DNA of 64,000 nt from Eledone cirrhosa (GCA_964016885.1 CAXHJY010000424.1:62001-126000); one strand, 5' to 3'; counted from the first letter of the stretch, positions 37,401-50,300 are shown. Numbers and translations: made by a program. Notes: generated by a model from the sequence alone, not told the origin.

Positions 37401-38712
37401 GCATGGTAGACTGGGAACTGCGAGAACAACAGGCAGGGTTCTGACCAAAACGTTCCTGTGCAGAGCAGATCTTTACGCTACGCCGCATCATTGAGAGGTA
37501 CAACGAATTCCAGAGGCCCCTCGCCATCAGCTTCATCGATTTCTCCAAAGCATTCGATAGCATTCATCGACCGTCGCTCTGGAGCATCATGCATGAGTAT
37601 GGTCTGCTCCAGAAAGTCATTTCGGCAATCAAACAGATTTACGCAAACTTCAAGTGCTGCATACGGACAGAGGATGGTTACAGTGACTGGTTTGGGGTGG
37701 TTACTGGCGTGTGTCAAGGTTGCTCGCTCTCTCCAATTCTCTTTGCCATAGCCATTGACTGGGTACTAAGAAGAGCGCCTAAAGATCAGGGTATATCTTG
37801 GGTGGGAGAGCAAAAGTTGTCTGACCTGGACTTTGCGGACGATATTGCTGCACTTGCAGAGAGCACAGCTGACCTGCAAATCATTGTGAACAATATCAAT
37901 GTCAAAGCAGGAAGCTTAGGTCTCAATATCAGTGCCAAGAAGACCAAAAGCATGTTATCTGGGACACACCCACCACCAACCAGTGTCTTCATTGAACAGG
38001 GGGAGGTGGAGATAGTGGACAACTTCACCTACATAGGAAGCTCCATTAACAATGAGGGCACCATGGACAGTGAACTGCAATGTAGAATGGGAAAGGCTTC
38101 AGTAGCATTTAACCAGCTTGACAAGATCTGGAAGAGCAGGAAGTTCACCCTCAAAACAAAGATGAAATTCTACAACAGCAACGTGCTGTCCACACTCTTG
38201 TACGGAAGTGAAACATGGCACCTTAAGACCAGACAAGAGAAGAAGTTGGACGCATTCGATTCCAGATGTCTGCGAAAGACCCTGGGGATTAAATGGAGTG
38301 ACCATGTAACAAGCCAGGAAGTCAGGAACCACACCAACCAGCAGCTAGTCTCTTCTACCATCTGCAAGCGACGCCTGGGTTGGTTTGGACACGCTTTGAG
38401 ACTTCCCCCGGAGAGACTGGCGAACCAAGTACTTAAATGGAGCCCGCAGGGAAGCAGACGGAGAGGGCGGCCCAAAATGAACTGGCGCCAGACAGTTGAG
38501 AGGGACCTGCGAGCGACAAACAGACAATGGCGGGACGCTGTGCAACTGGCAGCTGACCGAACGCGATGGAACACTATGATTGTTTCATGCGTCGCAAGAC
38601 GCGGAAGCTTCTGAGTCTGAGTCTATTGTTATTCATCATTGTTAAAGATTTTATGTAAAACCCCCGCCGTCACGTTTTGTAATGTCCCATTTTTGTACGC
38701 CCTTGTGGCAAA
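34461..38712. mobile_element. Tx1/L1 LINE with 5' inversion: ORF2 on minus (34461-37090) joined to its 3' end on plus (37091-38712); interrupted by an RTE
   Basis: APE and RT motifs on the minus strand; plus-strand KVRVEREVLHPSKFAERW..* and a 3' UTR homologous to 24120-24460. Confidence 0.85.
37365..38619 (+). mobile_element. 5'-truncated RTE-clade LINE with (TCTGAG)n tail and 12-bp TSD
   Basis: EQQAGF, FIDFSKAFDSIH, QGCSLSP, LDFADD, LYGSETW, WFGHALR, RRRGRPK; TSD AGTCTATTGTTA at 37353-37364 and 38620-38631. Confidence 0.93.
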
Positions 38713-39742
38713 TATATATATATAATCAATGATAGAGGAGGATTGTATTAACTGGAAATGTTTTTATATATATAAATACCCATCTATGTTTTCTATCCCA
38801 TTTTCACCTCCTTGTTTCAACGGACTACTATTGTGGTTAGTTTAATTTTCATGGAAGCGTGGATTTTTTCCTGTTGCCGCCGCCGCCGTGGTGGGGTCAT
38901 CGCTGGTCTTGTTGTTGATGTTGTTGTTGCTAATGGCTTAATACTGACATAGTTGATACCACCACTACTGCGACGAATGGGATGAGTGATGGGCGGTGTT
39001 GGTGTTTGTTGTCGTTGTCATTGTTGTTGTTACTATTTATGGTCATGGTGACTGATACCACCAACTCTGTGTACCCACCTACCTCTAAACTCCTTTTTAT
39101 TGCTTTGGCGTTATCGCTGTTTACGGTCAACATGGTGGTACCGCCACTGTGACGACTACGACCTGTATACACGACGCTGGTCTGTGTTTTTGCTGTTGTT
39201 GTCGTTTGTTGCTGTTGTCGTTATAAGTGTTTTTACTGTAGCTGTTGTTTTAGTTGTTGTCAATAGGGTGATGGTATCAGCACGACTATTGCGACCAGTG
39301 TGGATAACTTTAGTCGGCGGTTTGATGTTATTGTCATTGTTGTTGTTGTAGTTGTCGCTGTCGTTGTTGTTGTTGTTGTCTATAGGTGGTCGTTAACTAA
39401 ATGTATACCCCACCCACCTCAGAGCTCCTTGTGTTCCTTCAACTGTCTACTGGGTTTTGGTTGCACACAGTTCTTCGTTCTTTTCGTCTTTTTTCGTTGA
39501 TAGCTTTTTCTAACAAACGTGACGGCTGGCAAACCCATCAAGGAACTCATATGTATGGTGGGCACATAGGCATTAGGATGTGTGTTTTCCTGGCAGCGGC
39601 ATATCAAATATATCAATCTTCATCTGAGGAAACCGTTCTCATAATCAACAGCAAATGCATGAAGGACATCTCGATTGCATGGAGAACCGTAGAAATAATT
39701 ATTATGATTAAACGATATATGTAACCTCAGCATCTTGTTTTA

Positions 39743-39804
<62 letters not shown>

Positions 39805-39812
<8 letters not shown>

Positions 39813-41926
39813 ATACTTGGGGAGGGTCATATTTGTGTAATATTGCCAGAATTAATTAATAACAGAACACACTCACTGTTTGGTTGCTTTTCGCTTTTCG
39901 CTTCTGTGTCTTTTATATCGGTAATCTAATTTACTCGGTCCTCAATGTTGCCACTGACTGACCAACGGTCAAAAATAATACAGATACAATATAGACACAA
40001 ACACATATATATAGTTTATCAAAGTTCTTTCGTTGTACATCTGCAACATCGTCAGTGGTGCTATTGTTTCCTCCCGTTGCATTGTATTTTCTACGCCATC
40101 TTTATTTAGTCTGTTTATATATTTATTTATTTGTTTATTTTATTTTGTCTTCTTTGCGCATGCGTTTGCGTATGTATAGTGTTTTGTTTGATGTGTGTTC
40201 GTGATTGGGTGGCTGTGTATTGGTTAATGTATTCTATCTTTACTAGTGTGTGTTTATATGTGTTTGTTGTTATTGTGCTTGTGTATGTATTTATTTATTT
40301 ATTTATCTATTTATTTATTTATTTATTTATTTATCTATTTATTTATTTATACTTCTCTTAGGTCAGTCTTGTTTGTTTGGGTGTTGTTATTCCATTCATT
40401 TTTTCTGTTTAGCCTTGGCCTTCTAAGTTATATTTCACTGGCCTCTCTGATTTGCCTATCTGCTGGATCATTTCTATGTTTAGATATTATTCTAATTTCT
40501 ATGTTGTCTATGTTACCGTCGTGTTGTTGTCTGGCATGTTCGTATAGTACTGAACCGTTTTTTCGTCCTTTTAGTTCCCCCCAGTGTTGGTCTATCCTTT
40601 CACCTATGCTACGAGCTGTCTCGCCTATGTATGTTGTTGTCATGTTTCTGCAAGTACCCTCTGTACATCTTATGCTATAGACTACGTTTCTAGTTTTACA
40701 GTTTATCCGGGGGTTTACCTTACATATGATACATTTCCTATTAGTACAGTGGGTTTTCTTAAAAGGGTAGGCTTTGCTGATCAGGGATTTTATGGTGGTT
40801 CCTGGCTTTTCTACCACCTTAATCTTTAAGTGGGTCTTTCTCAGGGCCTTTCTACACTGGTTAGCTAATTTCCCTCCAGGGGTAGCGTCCACAAACCTGA
40901 CACTCTGGTATCTCTGGTTGTCGTACCATGAGGTGGCTTTCCCTATCTTATGTCTAGCCCTATCTAAGCTATTCCATGATTTGCTCCTGTATAATGGGCA
41001 AATTCCTTTCATGTCCAGTTCTATGAGGGTCTTATACTTCTCCGTGGCTCCTTCGTATAGTCTGATTCTGTCTCTTTGGTTGTAGCCGGAGAACTGCATG
41101 CGGTTGATGAAGTGTTGGCTGTGTCTTTCCATTTCCGTTGGGTCGCACATGCGGGACACGTTCTTCATCACTCGTACCAAGTCTGCGATCAGAATATTAA
41201 ACTTAGCACTACTGGACATTGCTGAGTTTTTGAGTATCAGGTATTTGGAGGCCATGGGTTTAGCATAGTGTGAGTGGAGAATTTGGGCTCTCTCGTCTAT
41301 AGTGTTAATCCAGAGTTCCGTGTCTAATACAGGTAGTCTATTGTTAGGGTGTTTGGAAGAGTAGTCGATAGTTACAGTTATACTCTAGTGTATGGAATTA
41401 GCTATCTGCTGGATGCTTTCCATTGTGCTACGTTCTAAATCAAACTTGTTAGTGCTCTCTTGTGGGGATGTTCTTATAACTATATTGATATCGTCTACGT
41501 AACGAGAGTACATGATGAGGTCTATGGAGCTCTCATTAAGGAGATCTTTAAGTCTCCTTTCCCACCATACCATAAAAATAAAATAAAATAAAATAAAATA
41601 AAATAAACAAATAAATAAATATATAAACAGACATAAAGATGGCATAGAAAATACAATGCAACGGGAGGAAACAATAGCACCACTGACGATGTTGCAGATG
41701 TGCAACGAAAGAACTTTGATAAACTATATATATGTGTTTGTGTCTATATTGTATCTGTATTTTTGACCGTTGGTCAGTCAATGGCAACATTGAGGACCGA
41801 ATAAATTAGATTACTGATATAAAAGACACAGAAGCGAAAAGCGAAAAGCAACCAAACAGTGAGTGTGTTCTGTTATTAATTCTGGCAATATTACACAAAT
41901 ATGACCCTCCCCAAGTATAACAATAT
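39805..41926 (-). mobile_element. Penelope-like element, 5'-truncated, with ~340-bp inverted pLTR arms (39805-40146 / ~41594-41926)
   Basis: YSRYVDDINI, RLPVLDT, NVVYSIRC..YIGETARSIGER..RQIREA; arms are reverse complements; left end lies in (TA)n. Confidence 0.9.
41678..41720 (+). ncRNA. Hammerhead-like motif (also 40018-40060, 20784-20824 and 12686-12725 on minus strand)
   Basis: CA-CTGACGA-T-GTTGCA-GATG-TGCAAC-GAAA-GAAC-TT-TG; extra U after A9, weak helix I and atypical CUU site. Confidence 0.5.
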
Positions 41927-41964
41927 TTGTTTCGACACACGATTTCATATAAAAATCCTCGCAA

Positions 41965-42043
<79 letters not shown>

Positions 42044-42045
<2 letters not shown>

Positions 42046-43164
42046 TAATATAAAATATTGGAACTTCCATCATCCTTTTGAGAAGCGTGGACTCGCTACT
42101 TTTATGCAATGGCACACATTTTACAGTCAGGCGGATGAAGAACCATTTCCTAGAGGTCACTATTCTTGAAGGTATTCATCAAGGAGGAAATGCATTTATT
42201 CCCAAAATTCGCCTTAATCCTTTCTCTGCCGAGCTGCCGTTCAAATTCTCAAGGCGTCAGTTCCCTGTTAGAGCCATTTTGCTATGGCCATAAATAAACC
42301 CCAGGCTCAAAGTCTCAAAGTTGTAGAATTGAATATGAGAGAATCGTTTTTTTTACCCATAGACAGTTATGTCTAGGTTGTTCACGAGTAGGAACACCTA
42401 GAAATCTTCATCTACTATGCACGAACGGTAAAACGAAGAATTTGGTGTATCTGGAAGAATTCTTACTGTTATTTGGTTTGTCACACACACCACGGTCTCG
42501 CCTCATACTGTAAACCAGACAACATCCAATACAATTATTTTCTCTTCTTTCTGCTTCTCTTATCTGTTTACCCGGGCGAAGCTGGGTACATCAGCTAGTA
42601 TAATATAAAAGATTGGAACTGCCATCATCCTTTTGAGAAACCTGGACCCGCCAAGTCTATGCAATGACACACGCTTTATAGTCAGACAGAAGATGAACCA
42701 TCTCCTAGAGGTCACTATTCTTGGCGGCAATCACCAAGGAAAAAGTGCATTTATTCCCAAGATTCATCTCACCCCTTCTTCTACCGAGCTACCGTTCAAA
42801 TTCCCAAGACTTCAGTTCCCTGTTAAAGCCAGTTTTGCTTTGATCATAAACAAAGCTCAGGCTCGGAGTTTCAAAGTTGTAGGATTGAATACCCATATAT
42901 AGTTGTAGGATTGAATACCCATATATAGGTTGTTCACGAGTGGGAACACCTAGAAATCTTCATCTACTATGCCCGAACAGTAAAACAAAGAATCTGGTGT
43001 ATCTGGAAGATGTTTTACTGTTTTTTTTTCTTTTGTCACACACATACACACACTACTATCTCGCCCCATACTGTAAACCAGACAACACACCCAATACAGC
43101 CGTTTTCTTTTCTAATTGTCGTTTTTTATCTGTTTACCCGAGCGAAGCTTGGTACATCAGCTAG
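42044..43164 (+). mobile_element. Two head-to-tail non-autonomous Helitrons (42044-42598, 42599-43164) carrying the PIF1-like helicase C-terminus
   Basis: LLRNLDPPSLCND, FIPKI..ELPFKF.RLQFPV..FA..INKAQ, CSRVG; each ends in a TACCCG..GGTA hairpin followed by CTAG; both start TATAATATAAAA. Confidence 0.88.
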
Positions 43165-43259
43165 TTGTAAATAAACCTTCTTAAAGACTCCAATCACATT
43201 TTAACTTCTTTTTCCTATATTCTTACCAGTGTGGAATATATTAAAAAACCTCTTACAGA

Positions 43260-43582
43260 CGAGGGATAGTAAAAAAGTAATGCATTTTGTTTTATTGCAA
43301 GAAAAATAAAGAACAAAACAATGTATTATACGTCAAAAGGAAGCTGTACATCAGAGGATCACATTCCTACTATTCAACATAATCCCCACCTCTTGTGACA
43401 GCAGCATTCCACCTTCGAATGAGGGCATGTATCCAAGATTCGTAAAACTCTGCTGGCTGCTCACAAAGCAAATTCTGGACAAGTTTTTCCTTCCTCATCA
43501 TTTCCATAATGGTGGCCTCTCAGTGCTTTTTTTCATGGAACCGAAGAGGTGGTAGTCTAATGGTGCTAAATCAGGTGAGTAT
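43260..43582 (-). mobile_element. Mariner transposon 3' fragment
   Basis: Minus strand YSPDLAPLDYHLFGSM and EQPAEFYESWIHALIRRW; TIR-like CGAGGGATAGTAAAAAAGTAATGC at 43260. Confidence 0.8.
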
Positions 43583-43718
43583 TGAGGCACCTGATTTGGC
43601 ACCAATCGGACTTATAAATATGAATGGAAGTGTTTAGCTTGATAAAACCAACTGTTTCATTCGTTATACTAATACAATATTCTCTCGAAGGCTCTCATGC
43701 ATTTAGGACGCGCATATA

Positions 43719-44600
43719 CGAGGTGTGTCAGAAAAGTTCCAGGGCTGATGTCACAAAGGATTTATTTCAAATCCAAACTTCCCACTAAGAGTTTTCTCCT
43801 TCAAAGTAATCCCCCTGGAGTATGTAACTGTAATCTTAGCTCTCTGCAGCGATCAAACTTTTTTCTTCATAATTTTATATACATGTCCTCTGTTTCAGGT
43901 CGTCAAGCAATGAGCACAGAGCAACGAACAAACTTGAAGTTTCTGTTACGGTTGGGGAAAACTCTGTCAGAAGCACTGGGATTGCTGCAGCAAGTGTATG
44001 GAGATGAGACGATGTCATGCTCACGTTATTTTGAGTGGTGCAAGATGACCCCAGGAGTGGAGGCCCTCAACAACCAGGACTGAGGTCAACGTTGAGCGCG
44101 TCAGGCAGATGGTGCGTAGCGATCATCGGCTGACTGTTCGACTGATGACAATGAGCTGGGCATGAATCGGGACACTGTCTGGAAAATTCTCACTGAAGAT
44201 TTGGACGTGCGGAAAGTCTGCGCGAATATGGTGCCAAAACTGGTGAACGATGACCAGAAGGGTCGACGCATGCAAGTGTGCCAGGACATCCTCAAGCGTC
44301 TTGAAACCAAACCAGACTTGCTAGGGACAGTCATCACCGGTGATGAGTCATGGATCTTCGAGTACGACCCGGAGGGACCTGTTTTGAAGACGTGGACGAC
44401 ATCAAAACGGCCGTGACGACGGAACTGCGGAGGATCCCGGAAGAATCCTTCCAGGAGTGCATGCAAGCGTTGCAGAAAAGGATGGAAAAGTGCATTAGAC
44501 TCCGGGGGATTACTTTGAAGGAGAAAACTCTTAGTGTGAAGTTTGGGTTTGAAATAAATATTTTGTGACATCAGTCCTGGAACTTTTCTGACACACCTCG
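43719..44600 (+). mobile_element. Internally deleted mariner (Tc1/mariner) element with ~95-bp TIRs and TA TSD
   Basis: TA-CGAGGTGTGTCAGAAAAGTTCCAG...CTGGAACTTTTCTGACACACCTCG-TA; EQRTNLKF, RKVCANMVPKL, VITGDESWIFEYDPE, then a jump to the C-terminus (catalytic middle deleted). Confidence 0.92.
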
Positions 44601-44644
44601 TATATATATATAAATTCTTATTTCAGCCTGATGCTTTCTAGCAT

Positions 44645-45470
44645 TCGTGAACTTCTTCACCAACTTCAGTGGAACTCCATTCACAGGTAGAGTGCATTGC
44701 GCAGGTTTTCTTGAAAGAACGAGTGTCTCCGTCTTTGCAGCATTGATTTTCATTCCAGCCATGCAGCATTCGGTATCAAACCTATCAAGTGCAATTCGCA
44801 GATCAACTTCTGTCAAGTTAAGTAATAACATGTCGTCTGCAAATTCCAGTCGACTGATTCTACACTTGCCAGTCGTGAATTAAATGCAAGAATCGCAGGA
44901 GCTGGTGCAGTAATGCACCAGCTCCTGCGATTCTTGCAGTAATTCACCAACTTCGGCATTCGGTAATAAAAAAAGGGAGATAGGTGTAAAAGCCAAACTA
45001 GCTATCTTCAATTCGGATTTCCTGCCAACCATTCCCTATGGTCATGAAGCTTAGGTACTGACCGAAAGAATAAAATCGCGAATACAAGCAGCCAGAACCG
45101 GTTTCCCCCAAAGGGTCTTTGGAGTAACGTTACGCGATAGAGTGCATAGATCGGAGATTAGAGAGTCGCTCCAGGTAGAGCCGCTACTTCTCCGAATTGA
45201 GAGATCACAGCTCCAATACTATGGGCATGTGGTTAAAATGTCTCAGAAAAGAATCGCAGGAGAGCTTTTACGGGCAAAACCAATTGGCAGGTTACCCAGG
45301 GCTAGACCCCGAGCAAGATGGTTGGATAACAACCCGGCTGGTATCGCTTGGGGATCCAGCTGGATCAGCTGGAAACGGTTGCTTCTGACAGGAACCACTG
45401 GAAGGAGTGTTTCAGGACTGTTCCCCACCACCTTCTCCAGGATAAGTTGGTGAATAATAATAATAATAAT
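44645..45470. mobile_element. RTE-clade LINE 3' fragment with 5' inversion (44645-44875 minus; 44876-45470 plus) and (AAT)n tail
   Basis: Minus LEFADDMLLL..GMKINAAKTE..LVKKF; plus ELNARI..YGHE..RSEIRESL..YGHVVKM..RPRARW. Confidence 0.85.
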
Positions 45471-45481
45471 GATTTCCTTAT

Positions 45482-45522
<41 letters not shown>

Positions 45523-45526
<4 letters not shown>

Positions 45527-45606
45527 TGTTTCTACTTTAGGCACAAGGCTAGCAATTACCCAGTGCATTACTGGTACTTTATTTTATCGACCCCGTAAGG
45601 ATGAAA
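45523..45606 (-). mobile_element. SINE 3' half (same family as 5032-5212)
   Basis: AATTGTTTCTACTTTAGGCACAAGG...GTAAGGATGAAA. Confidence 0.85.
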
Positions 45607-45609
45607 CGG

Positions 45610-47358
45610 TTCCTTTATTGGCCACAAGAGCTAACATGAAGAAAAACATTACAGACGGCACAGAACGGCACAGGACGATACAAAGTGGGTTTTGGCCGTG
45701 TAAAAAAAGGTTATAACAAGAAGATAGAAGTATCAAAAAAATTCAAACAACAAAAATACCCCGATAGGGGGAAAACTTCCTAGGGTCACTCGTAGCGAAA
45801 ACCACACAAAAGACCACGGCCACCCTGACCACCAGGGCAAGCGCCCTCTCTCAGTTTTCCACTCATCAGTCTACAGGCGCATAGTCAGAGCGGGCCCATT
45901 CACTCGGACCAGACTCGCCACTTTCACCCACCTTTCAACAAACTTACTAGAAGACAGCACTTGCCTCTCCACCTTGATTTTCCTCTTCAAGTGAAATTTG
46001 GAAAAGTTAATCAGGAATTGGCCGAAGAGGAAATTGTCCGTCTTCAATCCTTTCAACCTTGTCCACCATACAATCTCTTTCGCCATGGCCACCAGACAGA
46101 TGAAAACTGCCCGGCCTCCCTCCTTAAAGGAGGATGGCGGGACTATCTGCACAATGTACTCAGTCGATAACCGGATCCGTCCTATACGTGACAGTAAATT
46201 TTCGACATAGTTCCACAAGTCAGCAATGCTCGGATACTGAACGAGTGCGTGCACAACGGTTTCGTCGATCTGTGCGCATCTTCGACAGGTTCGGCTGACG
46301 ACACTTCCGTGCCTGTAGAGCTTATCCCGAACCGGCAACGCTCTCCGGTAGCACTGCCAAGCCAGGGATTTCTGTTAGTTGTCCATAGGCCCCGGGCTGA
46401 AAGTTCTCTTTAAGAGAGCGAACAGCTGATCGTCTTCGACGCCCAGGGTCTCTCTGAGAACGCGTCACTCTTCCCCTCCACTAGTCCTCTATAGAACGCC
46501 GAGGTGGATGTTCCATCGATACTAGTGCCCAGCTGGTAGAAGGCTGTGAGCGCTTGGAGACATGCCAGCTTCCAAGCACTATCCCTCGGTCTTTTCCTGA
46601 TCCAGGACTGCAGCTCCATTAATGAGACGAGCTGGATAAAAACACGTCTGGCAAATGGCAACCACACCTGTTCACCGTCAAGGAAGCACCAGAGATGTCG
46701 CAGCCTCAGCGCGTGTTTGCGCATCATCAGCCACGGTATGCCATGTCCTCCACGCAACGGGTGTTGACAGCAGATGGATCGTCTGACCATGGGAGCACGT
46801 CCCTTCCAGGTGTCAGTGTTGTTCGGCGTGGAAGAGTCGATTCTGAGATAATAATTCTTTTGGGGGGTTTCTGTTGTCGCTGTGGTGGTGGTGGTGGTGG
46901 TGGTGGTAGTGGTGGTGGTATCAGTGGTGTTAGTTGTTCTTTTTGACATTGTGGCGGTGGTGGTGGCTTTAACACCTGTAGTTATTGGTAATGGCGGGAA
47001 ATGAATGTCTGCATGTGACAAATTTAAATTATTGCCACTGCTTATATTTTTAGTGTTGGCAACCGTAGTAATGTCTACAATGGTGGTGGTGGTGGTGATG
47101 GTGGGAGGTGTTGGTCTGTTAGGAAGTCTGTCAGCTTTGTGTGGCTGAAAGCCGTCCATGTTTTTTCAAAGAAAGTTTTTGTTTGATAATTATAAAAGTT
47201 TAAATTTCGGGCTTTTTGAGTGTCCTTTTCAGAAAGCAATATATGTGAACTTATAAACACTTAACAGCAAAAAATTTCCATAACTGGCAATTTGAAACAA
47301 CTGAAAACAACAAACCTTTGCGGAGCTCACGATAATACGATTTCCTACGTAGGTCGCC
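45610..47358 (-). mobile_element. Internally deleted Tx1-type LINE (5' UTR/ORF1 start fused at ~46810 to ORF2 C-terminus and 3' UTR)
   Basis: 5' end GGCGACCTACGTAGGAAATCG matches 53203; STPNNTDT joined directly to WKGRAPMVRR; C-terminal CRRC..ETVVH. Confidence 0.85.
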
Positions 47359-47385
47359 AATAATAATAATAATAATAATAATAAT

Positions 47386-50300
47386 GCTTTCTTTATTAAC
47401 CACAAGGGTTTACACAAAGTAGACATTAAGGACAGTACAGGACAATACAGGACGGTACAAAAGGGCATTTCTGCGTGTAAAAAAACAAAAAACAGAGGAT
47501 GTAATAATAGAACAATGAAAAAATTCCACAATAGGGGGGAGACTTCCGAGGGACATTCGTGGAGAAAGCCCATTAAAAATCCACAGTGACCCTGACCACC
47601 AGGGCAAGTGCCCTCTCCCAGTTTTCCACCTTTAATTTACAGACACGTACTCAGAGTAGGCCCATTCACTCGGGCCATTCTTGCCTCTCTCACCCATCTT
47701 TCAACAAAATGCTGGGAAGAGAGCACTTCCCTCTCTACCCTGATTTTCCTTTTCAAATGAAATTTGAAAAAGTTATACAGGGCATCACCGAAGAGGTAAG
47801 TGCTCGTCTTCAGCCCTTTCAAACGTGTCCACCACACTATCTCTTTCGCCATGGCCACCAGACAGATAAAAACTGCCTTCCCTTCCCGGCTAAAGGAAGA
47901 GGGCGGGGCAATCCTCACGATGGACTCAGCTGATAGCTGGATCCGTCCTACACGCGACAGCAGGCGTTCGACATAAACCCACAAGTCAGCAATGCTCGGA
48001 CACTGGACGAGTGCGTGCAGGATGGTTTCGTCGCCCTGAGCGCATCTCGGACATGCCCGGCTGAGGCACCTCCATGCCTGTACAGTTTATCCCGAACTGG
48101 CAAAGCTCCTCGGTAGCACTGCCAGGCCAGGGATTTCTGGAAGTTGTCCGTAGGCCCCGGCCCGAAAGTTCTTCCGAAGAGATTGTCTAGTTGATTTTCG
48201 TCGACGCCTAGAGTTTCCCCAAGTACGTCGTCGCTCTTCCCCTCCACTAATCCTCTATAGAACGCCAAGGTGGAGTTTCCACCGATCACATTGCCTGATT
48301 GGTCGAGAGCTGTGAGCGCCTGAAGACATTCCAGTCTCCAAGCGCTCCCTCTCGGTCTTCGCTTGACCCAGGATGCAGCTCCGTCAAGGAGACGAGCTGG
48401 GGAAAGACGCGTCTAGCAAACGGCGACCACACCTGATCACCGTCGAGGAAGAGGTGGAGATTTCGTAGCCTGAGCGCGTGTCTGCGCATCATCAGCCACG
48501 GCATTCCAGCCCTCCACCTAGCGGGTGTTGACAGCAAGTGGACCGCCTGACCATCGGAGCGCGTCCCTTCAACAAAAAGTGAAAGAGCAAACGCCCCAGC
48601 GCAGTCAGGCGGGGCTTAGGACAAGGTACCATGGTCAGGCGGTAGTAGATGACGGGCGCGATGTATGCATTAGCCACCTCCGCTCGACCTTTCAGGGATA
48701 GCTTCCTCTCCGTCCATTTCTGGGTGAGAGAAGCCACCCTGCTCGTCACCTCGTTCCAGTTTTTGTCCGTCTGGAGGTCCGGACCGAACCAGACCCCTAG
48801 CAATTTAACCGGACCGTCCATCCAGCGCCCGACGACGCTGTTGGACGGCATTGACCTGTCTCTCCAGGTGCCGAGCTGCAGGCCTACTGACTTTTCCTGG
48901 TTGATCATTGCTCCTGTCACCGCTTCGTATTCTCTTAGTGTAGTGCCGATCGCCTCGATGTGTTTGGCGTTCGACACCACTACGGTGACATCGTCCGCAC
49001 ATGCTGACACGGATCTTCCGCATCCTAGTTCGCGCGGGATCCCCTCAACGTCTCCAGTTTGTGCGAGAGTCAATATGTACAAGAGGGACGAGAGGGGACA
49101 TCCTTGGCTGACCGAGCGCATGATGTTGAACGGTTCTGAAAGGTGACCGTTCACTCTCACCACAGAGCAGATGTCGCTGTGCATGGCAGCGATCCAGCCT
49201 CTGAAGACGGGCCCAAAACCAGCCGCCCTCAGGACTGCCGCTAGGTAACGATGGTCGACCCTATCGAAAGCTTTCGACTGATCTAAATTGATCAAGGACC
49301 CACCCGTGCCAGGTTCCCTAGCTACCCTCTCTACGATGTATCGCATGATGTGGAGGTTGTCGTGGATGGATGTCGGGAATGGCGCATGTCTGCGCCTCTC
49401 CCACCACACCACCAACGACAAGCGCCAACCTCTTTGCTAGCACCTTGGCCAAAATCTTGAACTCTGTGTTTAGCAGAGTTATGGGCCTAAAATTATCTAT
49501 GTTATCCCCCTTGTTTGGATCATTTCTCAGCAGCGCCACAGCTCCTCGGCTCACAGAGCTAGGAATTCTCCTGTTCTGTTGCCAGTTGTAGTAGACGTCC
49601 GCCAAGAGGCCTCCGAACAAGTCTGGCATATGTACGTAAAGTTCATAGGGCAGACCATCCTAACCAGGCGATTTACCCCTTGTGCAGCCAGTCATTGCCT
49701 CCCGTACTTCAGCGGCTGTTATCGGCTTTTCGCAACACTCCGCCTCAGTGGCCGAGAGCCGCAGCAGTCCATCGAGGTAGACACTAAAGTCCATCCCTCG
49801 ATCAGGCCCGCCGCTGCCCTCGAACAGCTGTGCGAAGTGTCGCTGAAAAGCTTCACACATTTGCCCGGGATCGAGTAGCATGCGTCCGTCGTGGTCCACC
49901 AAAGACCGGATCGTGGCTTTGTTGCCACGACACACCTCCACCACTCGGGCCCATTGAACGGCTTTCGTCCCCTCGTGTCTGAGAGCACGCACCCTAGCTC
50001 TGATAACGCAGCCTTCGTGCTTTGCATTGAAGAATTGGTCAAGGGCCAATTTCGCCGCAAGTACGTCGGTCGCGATGCCTTTGCTAAGCGCCTCGTCTAA
50101 TTTTCTAACTAGTTCTCCCTCTGCTCTTCTCTATTGCTAAAGCCTTACTAAACCTAATGGACTCTATTCTAATCGCTCTTTCCAGAGCAAACCACCACTT
50201 GTTGTTGACGATGGCCCTCCGTCAACGCCCGCTTAACTAGTTCGCTAATCCGGTCTCTGTAGGCCTTGCGCGCTGGTAAGGACGCGTTTAGCTTCCAGTA

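Noticed and set aside
38880-39530. Low-complexity (GTT)-rich segment as a host exon or as the missing 5' end of the 31104-34460 LINE
   Set aside because: Composition resembles a LINE ORF1 N-terminus on the minus strand, but I found no alignable motif or junction.
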